Shown: in pieces, positions 1-12,553 of the stretch | Numbering within the stretch: the stretch's first letter is position 1 | Layout: every line of letters starts with the position of its first letter | Origin: the human T2T-CHM13v2.0 reference genome, Homo sapiens | Assembly: GCF_009914755.1 (NCBI RefSeq) | Contig: NC_060948.1 | Reading direction: 5' to 3' (one strand) | DNA: 64,000 nt | Made by a program: the position numbers and the translations under genes | Notes under the pieces: model-generated | Seen by the model: the letters and a program-made list of their open reading frames with translations, nothing else | Told to the model about the DNA's origin: nothing | Databases searched by the model: none

Positions 1-1932
1 AAATCACTCGAATAGAATGCAATTTAATAAAATAGGATCAAATGTAATGGAATGGAATGGAAAGGAATCGAAACGAAAGGAATGGAGACAGATGGAATGG
101 AATGGAACAGAGAGCGATGGTATAGAATGGAATGGAATCATCTGGAATGGAATTGAATGGAATGGAATAATATGAAATGGAATGGAATGGAATGGAATGG
201 AATGCCCTTGAATTAAATGGACTGGACTCGAACAGAGTGGAATGGAAAGTGTTGAGATAGAATGGAATGGACTCCTTTGGAATGGTCTAGTAAGCAATGC
301 AATCGACTGGCAGGGAATCAAAAGGAATGTAATGGAATGGATTGGACTGGAATGCAATGGACTCGAATAGATTGGAAACGGAATGCAAAGGAATGGAATG
401 GAATAGTATGGAATGGAAAGAAATGGAATGGAAAGGATTTGAATGGAATGCAATCGAATGGAATGGAATCGAACGGAATGGAATAAAATGGAAGAAAACT
501 GGCAAGAAATGGAATCGAAATGAATGGAGTGTTATGGAAGGGACTCAAAAGGAATTGAATGTAATAGAATGGAGTGGAGTGGACTCGAATATAATGGACT
601 GGAATGGAATGAAATCACATGGAATGGGAACGAATGGAATGGAATGGAAAGGAATGGAATCGAATGGAAAGGAATCGAATGGAAGGGAATGAAATTGAAT
701 CAACAGGAATGGAAGGGAATAGAATAGACTGTAATGGAATGGACTCGAATAGAATGGACACGAATGCTCAAATTAAATGGACTCGAATGGAATGGAAACG
801 AAAGGAATGTCATCGAAAGGAATTGAATGGATTGGAGTGAAATCGCATAGAATGGAGTGGAATCAAATGGAATTGAATCGAAAGGAAAGGAAGCGAATGG
901 ACTGAAATGAAATGGAATGGAATTGAATGGAAAGTAATGCAATGGAATAGAATGGAACGAAATTTCACGGAATGGAATCAAACTGAATGGAATCAAATCA
1001 ATGGAATCAAATCAAATGGAATGGAAAGGAATTGAATGGAGTAGATGGGATTGGATGGGATTGGAATGAAATGTACTGGAAAGGACTCGAATTTCATGAA
1101 ACGGAATGGAATGAATTGGAACGGAATGGACTCGAATGGAATGGAATGTCATGGAATGGCATCAAATGGAATGGCATCAAATGGAATGGAATCGAATGCA
1201 ATGGAATGCTATGGAATGGAATGGAATGCATTGGAATGGAATGTCCTCTAATGGAATGGATTCGAGTGGAATGGAATTGAATATAATGGAGTCGAATGAA
1301 ATGGAATTGAAAGGAATGGGATCGAATACAATGGAATATACTGGAATGTAATGTAATGAACTCGAATGTAATTGACTGGAATGGAATGTACATGAATGGA
1401 ATGTAATCGAATGGAAAGTAATCCAATGGAATAGAATCTAATGCAATAAAATCGACTCAGATAGAGTAGAATGTAATGGAATGGAGTGCAGTGCAATGGA
1501 ATGGAATGGAATGGAATGCAATGGAATGGAATGGAATGGAATGGAATGGAATGGAATGGAATGGGATGGGATGGAATTGTATGGAATGGATAGTAATGGA
1601 CTGGAGTGAAATGGACTGGAAAGGAATGGACTCAAATTGAAAGGGCTCGAAAGGAATGGAGTCAAATGGAATGGTCTGGAATGGAATGAACACGAATGTA
1701 ATGCAACCCAATAGAATGGAATCGAATGGCATGGAATATAAAGAAATGGAATCAAAGAGAATGGAAACAAATGGAATGGAATTGAATGGAATGGAATTGA
1801 ATGGAATGGGAACGAATGGAGTGAAATTGTATGCAGTAGAAGAGAATAGAATGGAATGCAAGCGAAAGGAAAGGAATGGATTGGAATGGAATGGAATTCA
1901 TTGGAATGGAAGGGAATGTAGTGTAATGGACA
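1..1932 (+). repeat. Partial DYZ1 unit carrying a 440-bp internal deletion
   Basis: Ends before GGCC at 1933. Offset to the next unit changes from 3129 to 3569 across ~411-421. Confidence 0.9.
1498..1577 (+). repeat. Near-pure (GGAAT)n length-variable tract (representative; one per unit)
   Basis: Lies between GCAGTGCAAT and (G/T)GTAT; 8-18 pentamers depending on the unit. Confidence 0.85.
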
Positions 1933-2307
1933 GGCCTGGAATAAAGTGGAATGCTACGGTCTCGAATGGAATAAAAATGTATGGAATGGAATGCAATGAA
2001 ACGGAATCGAATGTCATAGAATGTAATGGAATGCAAAAAAATGGAATCCAAAATCATTGACTGGAAAGGCTGGGTGTCGAAAGGAATTGACTCCAATGGA
2101 ATGGAATCGAATGGAATGGAAGTGAATAGAATCGAACTAAATCGAATGGAATGGAATTGATAGGAACGGAATGGAAAGGAATGCAATCATTTGGCATGGA
2201 ATGGAATCGAATGGCATCGAATGGAATGGAATGGAATGCAATGGAATGGAATGTATTAGAATGTAATGAACTTTAATGGAATGTACTCGAATGGATTCGA
2301 CTGGAAT

Positions 2308-2322
2308 GGAATGTTCTGGAAG
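2308..2322. promoter_or_regulatory. Canonical heat-shock element motif HSE-A (representative; recurs once per unit)
   Basis: gGAAtgTTCtgGAAg = nGAAnnTTCnnGAAn. Motif match only; binding not shown. Confidence 0.55.
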
Positions 2323-2587
2323 TAAATGGACTCCAATGGAATGGATTCAAAAGGAATGGAATCGTACGGAATGGAATCTAATGGAATGGAATTAAATGGA
2401 AATGAATCAAACTGAATAGCACGGAATTGAATTGAATGGAATCGAATGCAATGGAATCTAATGAAACGGAAAGGAAAGGAATGCAATGGAATGGAATGGG
2501 ATGGAATGCAAAGGAATCGAAACGAATGGAATGGAATCGAACTGAAGAGACTGGAATGGAATGCACTGGAATGGAAGGGAGTGTAAT

Positions 2588-2602
2588 GGAAGGTTCTCGA
2601 AA
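2588..2602. promoter_or_regulatory. Canonical heat-shock element motif HSE-B (representative; recurs once per unit)
   Basis: gGAAggTTCtcGAAa = nGAAnnTTCnnGAAn. Motif match only. Confidence 0.55.
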
Positions 2603-3613
2603 AAAATGGAATCGAATGGAATGGAATTGAATGGAACGGAATAGATTCGAATGGAATTGAATGGAATGGAATGGACTAGAGTGAAATGGAATCGAACCAC
2701 AAGGAATGGACAGGAATAGAATGGTCTCGAATTGAATGGAATCGTATGGAATGGCATCAAACGGAATGGAATGGACAGCCACGGAATGGAATGCACTCGA
2801 ATGCAACGGAGTCGAAACTAATGGACTGGAATAGAATGGACTCGACTGGTACGGACTCCAATGGAATGGAATCGAATGGAAGGGAATCGAACGGAATGGA
2901 CTCGAAGGGAAAAGACTGCAATGGAAAGGTATCGAATGGAATGGAAATTAATGGAATGGAATGGAATCGAATGAAATGGAGTCAAAAGGAATGGAATCGA
3001 ATGGCAAGAAATCGAATGTAATGGAATCGCAAGGAATTGATGTGAACGGAACGGAATGGAATGGAATCCAAAGGAATGGAATAGAATGGAATGGAATCGA
3101 ATGGAAAGGACTCGAATGGAAATCACTCGAATAGAATGCAATTTAATAAAATAGGATCAAATGTAATAGAATGGAATGGAAAGGAATCGAAACGGAAGGA
3201 ATGGAGACAGATGGAATGGAATGGGACAGAGAGCAATGGTATAGAATGGAATGGAATCATCTGGAATGGAATTGAATGGAATGGAATAATATGAAATGGA
3301 ATGGAATGGAATGGAATGGAATGGAATGGAATGCCCTTGAATTAAATGGACTGGATTCGAACAGAGTGGAATGGAAAGTGTTGAGATAGAATGGAATGGA
3401 CTCCTTTGGAATGGTCTAGTATGCAATGCAATCGACTGGCAGGGAATCAAAAGGAATGTAATGGAATGGATTGGACTGGAATGCAATGGACTCGAATAGA
3501 TTGGAAACGGAATGCAAAGGAATGGAATGGAATAGTATGGAATGGAATGGAAAGGAATGGAGTGGAATAGACTAGAGTGGAATGGAATGGACTGGAAAGC
3601 AATGGACTGGAAT

Positions 3614-3628
3614 GGAACTTTCTTGAAT
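3614..3628. promoter_or_regulatory. Canonical heat-shock element motif HSE-C (representative; recurs once per full unit)
   Basis: gGAActTTCttGAAt = nGAAnnTTCnnGAAn. Motif match only. Confidence 0.55.
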
Positions 3629-5461
3629 GGACTGGAATCAAACGGAATGGAATGCAATGCAATCAAATGGCATGTAATAAAATAGAATGAAAGAGAATCA
3701 AATGGAATTGAATCGAATGGAATCGAATGGATTGGAAAGGAATAGAATGGAATGGAATGGAATTGACTCAAATGGAATGGACTAGAATGGAATGGATTCG
3801 AATGGAAGGCAAAGGAATGGAATCTATTGGAATGGACTGTAATGGAATGGAATGGAAGGGATTGGAATGGACTCGAATGGAATGGACTGCAATAGAAAGG
3901 ATTCGAATGGAATGAAAAAGAATTGAATGGAATAGAACAGAATGGAATCAAATCGAATGAAATGGAATGGAATAGAAAGGAATGGAATGAAATGGAATGG
4001 AAAGGATTCGAATGGAATGCAATCGAATGGAATGGAATCGAACGGAATGGAATAAAATGGAAGAAAACTGGCAAGAAATGGAATCGAAATGAATGGAGTG
4101 TTATGGAACGGACTCAAAAGGAATTGAATGTAATAGAATGGAGTGGAGTGGACTCGAATATAATGGACTGGAATGGAATGAAATCACATGGAATGGGAAC
4201 GAATGGAATGGAATGGAAAGGAATGGAATCGAATGGAAAGGAATCGAATGGAAGGGAATGAAATTGAATCAACAGGAATGGAAGGGAATAGAATAGACGG
4301 TAATGGAATGGACTCGAATAGAATGGACACGAATGCTCAAATTGAATGGACTCGAATGGAATGGAAACGAAAGGAATGTCATCGAATGGAATTGAATCGA
4401 TTGGAATGAAATCGCATAGAATGGAGTGGAATCAAATGGAATTGAATCGAAAGGAAAGGAAGCGAATGGACTGAAATGAAATGGAATGGAATTGAATGGA
4501 AAGTAATGCAATGGAATAGAATGGAACGAAATTTCACGGAATGGAATCAAACTGAATGGAATCAAATCAATGGAATCAAATCAAATGGAATGGAAAGGAA
4601 ATGAATGGAGTAGATGGGATTGGATGGGATTGGAATGAAATGTACTGGAAAGGACTCGAATTTCATGAAACGGAATGGAATGAATTGGAACGGAATGGAC
4701 TCGAATGGAATGGAATGTCATGGAATGGCATCAAATGGAATGGCATCAAATGGAATGGAATCGAATGCAATGGAATGCTATGGAATGGAATGGAATGCAT
4801 TGGAATGGAATGTCCTCTAATGGAATGGATTCGAGTGGAATGGAATCGAATATAATGGAGTCGAATGAAATGGAATTGAAAGGAATGGGATCGAATACAA
4901 TGGAATATACTGGAATGTAATGTAATGAACTCGAATGTAATTGACTGGAATGGAATGTACATGAATGGAATGTAATCGAATGGAAAGTAATCCAATGGAA
5001 TAGAATCTAATGCAATAAAATCGACTCAGATAGAGTAGAATGTAATGGAATGGAGTGCAGTGCAATGGAATGGAATGGAATGGAATGGAATGTAATGGGA
5101 TGGAATGGTATGGAATGGATAGTAATGGACTGGAATGAAATGGACTGGAAAAGAATGGACTCAAATTGAAAGGGCTCGAAAGGAATGGAGTCAAATGGAA
5201 TGGTCTGGAATGGAATGAACACGAATGTAATGCAATCCAATAGAATGGAATCGAATGGCATGGAATATAAAGAAATGGAATCGAAGAGAATGGAAACAAA
5301 TGGAATGGAATTGAATGGAATGGAATTGAAAGGAATGGGAACGAATGGAGTGAAATTGTATGCAGTAGAAGAGAATAGAATGGAATGCAAGCGAAAGGAA
5401 AGGAATGGATTGCAATGGAATGGAATTCATTGGAATGGAAGGGAATGTAGTGTAATGGACA

Positions 5462-8400
5462 GGCCTGGAATAAAGTGGAATGCTACGGTCTCGAATGGAA
5501 TAAAAATTTATGGAATGGAATGCAATGAAACGGAATCGAATGTCATAGAATATAATGGAATGCAAAAAAATGGAATCCTAAATCATTGACTGGAAAGGCT
5601 GGGTGTCGAAAGGAATTGACTCCAATGGAATGGAATCGAATGGAATGGAAGTGAATAGAATCGAACTAAATCGAATGGAATGGAATTGATAGGAACGGAA
5701 TGGAAAGGAATGCAATGATTTGGCATGGAATGGAATCGAATGGCATCGAATGGAATGGAATGGAATGCAATGGAATGGAATGTATTAGAATGTAATGAAC
5801 ATTAATGGAATGTACTCGAATGGATTCGACTGGAATGGAATGTTCTGGAAGTGAATGGACTCCAATGGAATGGATTCGAAAGGAATGGAATCGAACGGAA
5901 TGGAATCTAATGGAATGGAATTAAATGGAAATGAATCAAATTGAATAGCACGGAATTGAATTGAATGGAATCGAATGCAATGGAATCTAATGAAACGGAA
6001 AGGAAAGGCATGGAATGGAATGGAATGGGCTGGAATGGAAAGGAATCGAAACGAATGGAATGGAATCGAACTGAAGAGACTGGAATGGAATGCACTGGAA
6101 TGGAAGGGAGTGTAATGGAAGGTTCTCGAAATTAATGGAAGCAAATGGAATGGAATTGAATGGAACGGAATAGAGTCGAATGAAATTGAATGGAATGGAA
6201 TGGACTAGAGTGAAATGGAATCGAACCACAAGGAATGGACAGGAATAGAATGGTCTCGAATTGAATGGAATCGTATGGAATGGCATCAAACGGAATGGAA
6301 TGGACAGCCACGGAATGGAATGCACTCGAATGCAATGGATTCGAAACTTATGGACTGGAATAGAATGGACTCGACTGGTACGGACTCCAATGGAATGGAA
6401 TCGAATGGAAGGGATTCGAACGGAATGGACTCGAAGGGAAAAGACTGCAATGGAAAGGTCTCGAATGGAATGGAAATTAATGGAATGGAATGGAATCGAA
6501 TGAAATGGAGTCAAAAGGAATGGAATCGAATGGCAAGAAATCGAATGTAATGGAATCGCAAGGAATTGATGTGAACGGAACGGAATGGAATGGAATCCAA
6601 AGGAATGGAATAGAATGGAATGGAATCGAATGGAAAGGACTCGAATGGAAATCACTCGAATAGAATGCAATTTAATAAAATAGGATCAAATGTAATTGAA
6701 TGGAATGGAAAGGAATCGAAACGAAAGGAATGGAGACAGATGGAATGGAATGGAACAGAGAGCAATGGTATAGAATGGAATGGAATCATCTGGAATGGAA
6801 TTGAATGGAATGGAATAATATGAAATGGAATGGAATGGAATGGAATGGAAAGCCCTTGAATTAAATGGACTGGAATGGAATGGACTCGAACAGAGTGGAA
6901 TGGAAAGTGTTGAGATAGAATGGAATGGACTCTTTTGGAATGGTCTAGTATGCAATGCAATCGACTGGCAGGGAATCAAAAGGAATGTAATCGAATGGAT
7001 TAGACAGGAATGCAATGGACTCGAATAGATTGGAAACGGAATGCAAAGGAATGGAATGGAATAGTATGGAATGGAATGGAAAGGAATGGAGTGGAATAGA
7101 CTAGAGTGGAATGGAATGGACTGGAAAGCAATGGACTGGAATGGAACTTTCTTGAATGGACTGGAATCAAACGGAATGGAATGCAATGCAATCAAATGGC
7201 ATGGAATAAAATAGAATGAAAGAGAATCAAATGGAATTGAATCGAATGGAATCGAATGGATTGGAAAGGAATAGAATGGAATGGAATGGAATTGACTCAA
7301 ATGGAATGGACTAGAATGGAATGGATTCGAATGGAAGGCAAAGGAATGGAATCTATTGGAATGGACTGTAATGGAATGGAATGGAAGGGATTGGAATGGA
7401 CTCGAATGGAATGGACTGCAATAGAAAGGATTCGAATGGAATGAAAAAGAATTGAATGGAATAGAACAGAATGGAATCAAATCGAATGAAATGGAATGGA
7501 ATAGAAAGGAATGGAATGAAATGGAATGGAAAGGATTCGAATGGAATGCAATCGAATGGAATGGAATCGAACGGAATGGAATAAAATGGAAGAAAACTGG
7601 CAAGAAATGGAATCGAAATGAATGGAGTGTTATGGAACGGACTCAAAAGGAATTGAATGTAATAGAATGGAGTGGAGTGGACTCGAATATAATGGACTGG
7701 AATGGAATGAAATCACATGGAATGGGAACGAATGGAATGGAATGGAAAGGAATGGAATCGAATGGAAAGGAATCGAACGGAAGGGAATGAAATTGAATCA
7801 ACAGGAATGGAAGGGAATAGAATAGACGGTAATGGAATGGACTCGAATAGAATGGACACGCATGCTCAAATTGAATGGACTCGAATGGAATGGAAACGAA
7901 AGGAATGTCATCGAATGGAATTGAATCGATTGGAATGAAATCGCATAGAATGGAGTGGAATCAAATGGAATTGAATCGAAAGGAAAGGAAGCGAATGGAC
8001 TGAAATGAAATGGAATGGAATTGAATGGAAAGTAATGCAATGGAATAGAATGGAACGAAATTTCACGGAATGGAATCAAACTGAATGGAATCAAATCAAT
8101 GGAATCAAATCAAATGGAATGGAGTAGATTGGATTGGATGGGATTGGAATGAAATGTACTGGAAAGGACTCGAATTTCATGAAACGGAATGGAATGAATT
8201 GGAACGGAATGTACTCGAATGGAATGGAATGTCATAGAATGGCATCAAATTGAATGGCATCAAATGCAATGGAATCGAATGCAATGGAATGCTATGGAAT
8301 GGAATGGCATGCATTGGAATGGAATGTCCTCTAATGGAATGGATTCGAGTGGAATGGAATCGAATATAATGGAGTCGAATGAAATGGAATTGAAAGGAAT

Positions 8401-8995
8401 GGGATCGAATACAATGGAATATACTGGAATGTAATGTAATGAACTCGAATGTAATTGACTGGAATGGAATGTACATGAATGGAATGTAATCGAATGGAAA
8501 GTAATCCAATGGAATAGAATCTAATGCAATAAAATCGACTCAGATAGAGTAGAATGTAATGGAATGGAGTGCAGTGCAATGGAATGGAATGCAATGGAAT
8601 GGAATGGAATGGAATGGAATGGAATGGAATGGGATGGAATGGTATGGAATGGATAGTAATGGACTGGAGTGAAATGGACTGGAAAGGAATGGACTCAAAT
8701 TGAAAGGGCTCGAAAGGAATGGAGTCAAATGGAATGGTCTGGAATGGAATGAACACGAATGTAATGCAATCCAATAGAATGGAATCGAATGGCATGGAAT
8801 ATAAAGAAATGGAATCGAAGAGAATGGAAACAAATGGAATGGAATTGAATGGAATGGAATTGAATGGAATGGGAACGAATGGAGTGAAATTGTATGCAGT
8901 AGAAGGGAATAGAATGGAATGCAACCGAAAGGAAAGGAATGGATTGGAATGGAATGGAATTCATTGGAATGGAAGGGAATGTAGTGTAATGGACA
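5462..8995 (+). repeat. DYZ1 unit, 3534 bp
   Basis: GGCC at 5462 to GGCC at 8996. Confidence 0.92.
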
Positions 8996-11900
8996 GGCCT
9001 GGAATAAAGTGGAATGCTACGGTCTCGAATGGAATAAAAGTGTATGGAATGGAATGCAATGAAACGGAATCGAATGTCATAGAATGTAATGGAATGCAAA
9101 AAAATGGAATCCAAAATCATTGACTGGAAAGGCTGGGTGTCGAAAGGAATTGACTGCAATGGAATGGAATCGAATGGAATGGAAGTGAATAGAATCGAAC
9201 TAAATCGAATGGAATGGAATTGATAGGAACGGAATGGAAAGGAATGCAATGATTTGGCATGGAATGGAATCGAATGGCATCGAATGGAATGGAATGGAAT
9301 GCAATGGAATGGAATGTATTAGAATGTAATGAACATTAGTGGAATGTACTCGAATGGATTCGACTGGAATGGAATGTTCTGGAAGTGAATGGACTCCAAT
9401 GGAATGGATTCGAAAGGAATGGAATCGAACGGAATGGAATCTAATGGAATGGAATTAAATGGAAATGAATCAAATTGAATAGCACGGAATTGAATTGAAT
9501 GGAATCGAATGCAATGGAATCTAATGAAACGGAAAGGAAAGAATGGAATGGAATAGAATGGGCTGGAATGGAAAGGAATCGAAACGAATGGAATGGAATC
9601 GAAGTGAAGAGACTGCAATGGAATGCACTGGAATGGAAGGTTCTCGAAAAAAATGGAATCGAATGGAATGGAATTGAATGGAACGGAATAGAGTCGAATG
9701 GAATTGAATGGAATGGAATGGACTAGAGTGAAATGGAATCGAACCACAAGGAATGGACAGGAATAGAATGGTCTCGAATTTAATGGAATCGTATGGAATG
9801 GCATCAAACGGAATGGAATGGACAGCCACGGAATGGAATGCACTCGAATGCAATGGAGTCGAAACTAATGGACTGGAATAGAATGGACTCGACTGGTACG
9901 GACTCCAATGGAATGGAATCGAATGGAAGGGAATCGAACGGAAGGGAATCGAACGGAATGGACTCGAAGGGAAAAGACTGCAATGGAAAGGTCTCGAATG
10001 GAATGGAAATTAATGGAATGGAATGGAATCGAATGAAATGGAGTCAAAAGGAATCGAATCGAATGGCAAGAAATCGAATGTAATGGAATCGCCAGGAATT
10101 GATGTGAACGGAACGGAATGGAATGGAATCCAAAGGAATGGAATAGAATGGAATGGAATCGAATGGAAAGGACTCGAATGGAAATCACTCGAATAGAATG
10201 CAATTTAATAAAATAGGATCAAATGTAATGGAATGGAATGGAAAGGAATCGAAACGAAAGGAATGGAGACAGATGGAATGGAATGGAACAGAGAGCAATG
10301 GTATAGAATGGAATGGAATCATCTGGAATGGAATTGAATGGAATGGAATAATATGAAATGGAATGGAATGGAATGGAATGGAATGCCCTTGAATTAAATG
10401 GACTGGAAAGGAATGGACTCAAACAGAGTGGAATGGAAAGTGTGGAGATAGAATGGAATGAACTCCTTTGGAATGGTGTAGTTTGCAATGCAATCGACTG
10501 GCAGGGAATCAAAAGGAATGTAATCGAATGGATTGGACTGGAATGCAATGGACTCGAATAGATTGGAAACGGAATGCAAAGGAATGGAATGGAATAGTAT
10601 GGAATGCAATGGAAGGGAATGGAGTGGAATAGACTAGAGTGGAATGGAATGGACTGGAAAGCAATGGACTGGAATGGAACTTTCTTGGATGGACTGGAAT
10701 CAAACGGAATGGAATGCAATGCAATCAAATGGCATGGAATAAAATAGAATGAAAGAGAATCAAATGGAATTGAATCGAATGGAATCGAATGGATTGGAAA
10801 GGAATAGAATGGAATGGAATGGAATTGACTCAAATGGAATGGACTAGAATGGAATGGATTCGAATGGAAGGCAAAGGAATAGAATCTATTGGAATGGACT
10901 GTAATGGAATGGAATGGAAGGGATTGGAATGGACTCGAATGGAATGGACTGCAATAGAAAGGATTCGAATGGAATGAAAAAGAATTGAATGGAATAGAAC
11001 AGAATGGAATCAAATCGAATGAAATGGAATGGAATAGAAAGGAATGGAATGAAATGGAATGGAAAGGATTCGAATGGAATGCAATCGAATGGAATGGAAT
11101 CGAACGGAATGGAATAAAATGGAAGAAAACTGGCAAGAAATGGAATCGAAATGAATGGAGTGTTATGGAACGGACTCAAAAGGAATTGAATGTAACGGAA
11201 TGGAGTGGAGTGGACTCGAATATAATGGACTGGAATGGAATGAAATCACATGGAATGGGAACGAATGGAATGGAAAGGAATGGAATCGAATGGAAAGGAA
11301 TCGAATGGAAGGAAATGAAATTGAATCAACAGGAATGGAAGGGAATAGAATAGACTGTAATGGAATGGACTCGAATAGAATGGACACGAATGCTCAAATT
11401 AAATGGACTCGAATGGAATGGAAACGAAAGGAATGTCATCGAATGGAATTGAATCGATTGGAATGAAATCGCATAGAATGGAGTGGAATCAAATGGAATT
11501 GAATCGAAAGGAAAGGAAGCGAATGGACTGAAATGAAATGGAATGGAATTGAATGGAAAGTAATGCAATGGAATAGAATGGAACGAAATTTCACGGAATG
11601 GAATCAAACTGAATGGAATCAAATCAATGGAATCAAATCAAATGGAATGGAAAGGAATTGAATGGAGTAGATGGGATTGGATGGGATTGGAATGAAATGT
11701 ACTGGAAAGGACTCGAATTTCATGAAACGGAATGGAATGAATTGGAACGGAATGGACTCGAATGGAATGGAATGTCATGGGATGGCATCAAATGTAATGG
11801 CATCAAATGGAATGGAATCGAATGCAATGGAATGCTATGGAATGGAATGGAATGCATTGGAATGGAATGTCCTCTAATGGAATGGATTCGAGTGGAATGG

Positions 11901-12553
11901 AATCGAATATAATGGAGTCGAATGAAATGGAATTGAAAGGAATGGGATCGAATACAATGGAATATACTGGAATGTAACGTAATGAACTCCAATGTAATTG
12001 ACTGGAATGGAATGTACATGAATGGAATGTAATCGAATGGAAAGTAATCCAATGGAATAGAATCTAATGCAATAAAATCGACTCAGATAGAGTAGAATGT
12101 AATGGAATGGAGTGCAGTGCAATGGAATGGAATGGAATGGAATGCAATGGAATGGAATGGTATGGAATGGAATGGAATGGAATGGAATGGAATGGAATGG
12201 AATGGGATGGAATGGTATGGAATGGATAGTAATGGACTGGAGTGAAATGGACTGGAAAGGAATGGACTCAAATTGAAAGGGCTCGAAAGGAATGGAGTCA
12301 AATGGAATGGTCTGGAATGGAATGAACACGAATGTAATGCAACCCAATAGAATGGAATCGAATGGCATGGAATATAAAGAAATAGAATCGAAGAGAATGG
12401 AAACAAATGGAATGGAATTGAATGGAATGGGAACGAATGGAGTGAAATTGTATGCAGTAGAAGAGAATAGAATGGAATGCAAGCGAAAGGAAAGGAATGG
12501 ATTGGAATGGAATGGAATTCATTGGAATGGAAGGGAATGTAGTGTAATGGACA
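8996..12553 (+). repeat. DYZ1 unit, 3558 bp (1-bp deletion near 9540)
   Basis: GGCC at 8996 to GGCC at 12554. Confidence 0.92.

Larger units (their letters stand above)
1933..5461 (+). repeat. DYZ1 unit, 3529 bp
   Basis: GGCC at 1933 to GGCC at 5462. Confidence 0.92.

Noticed and set aside
1041-1065. Possible G-quadruplex at the GGGA/GGAT cluster
   Set aside because: There are only two GGG runs, short of the four G3 tracts needed.
1933-5461. 3.56-kb unit as an ancient dimer of ~1.78-kb halves
   Set aside because: I could not find landmark pairs ~1.78 kb apart by eye. This needs a pentamer-masked self-alignment and is unsupported here.
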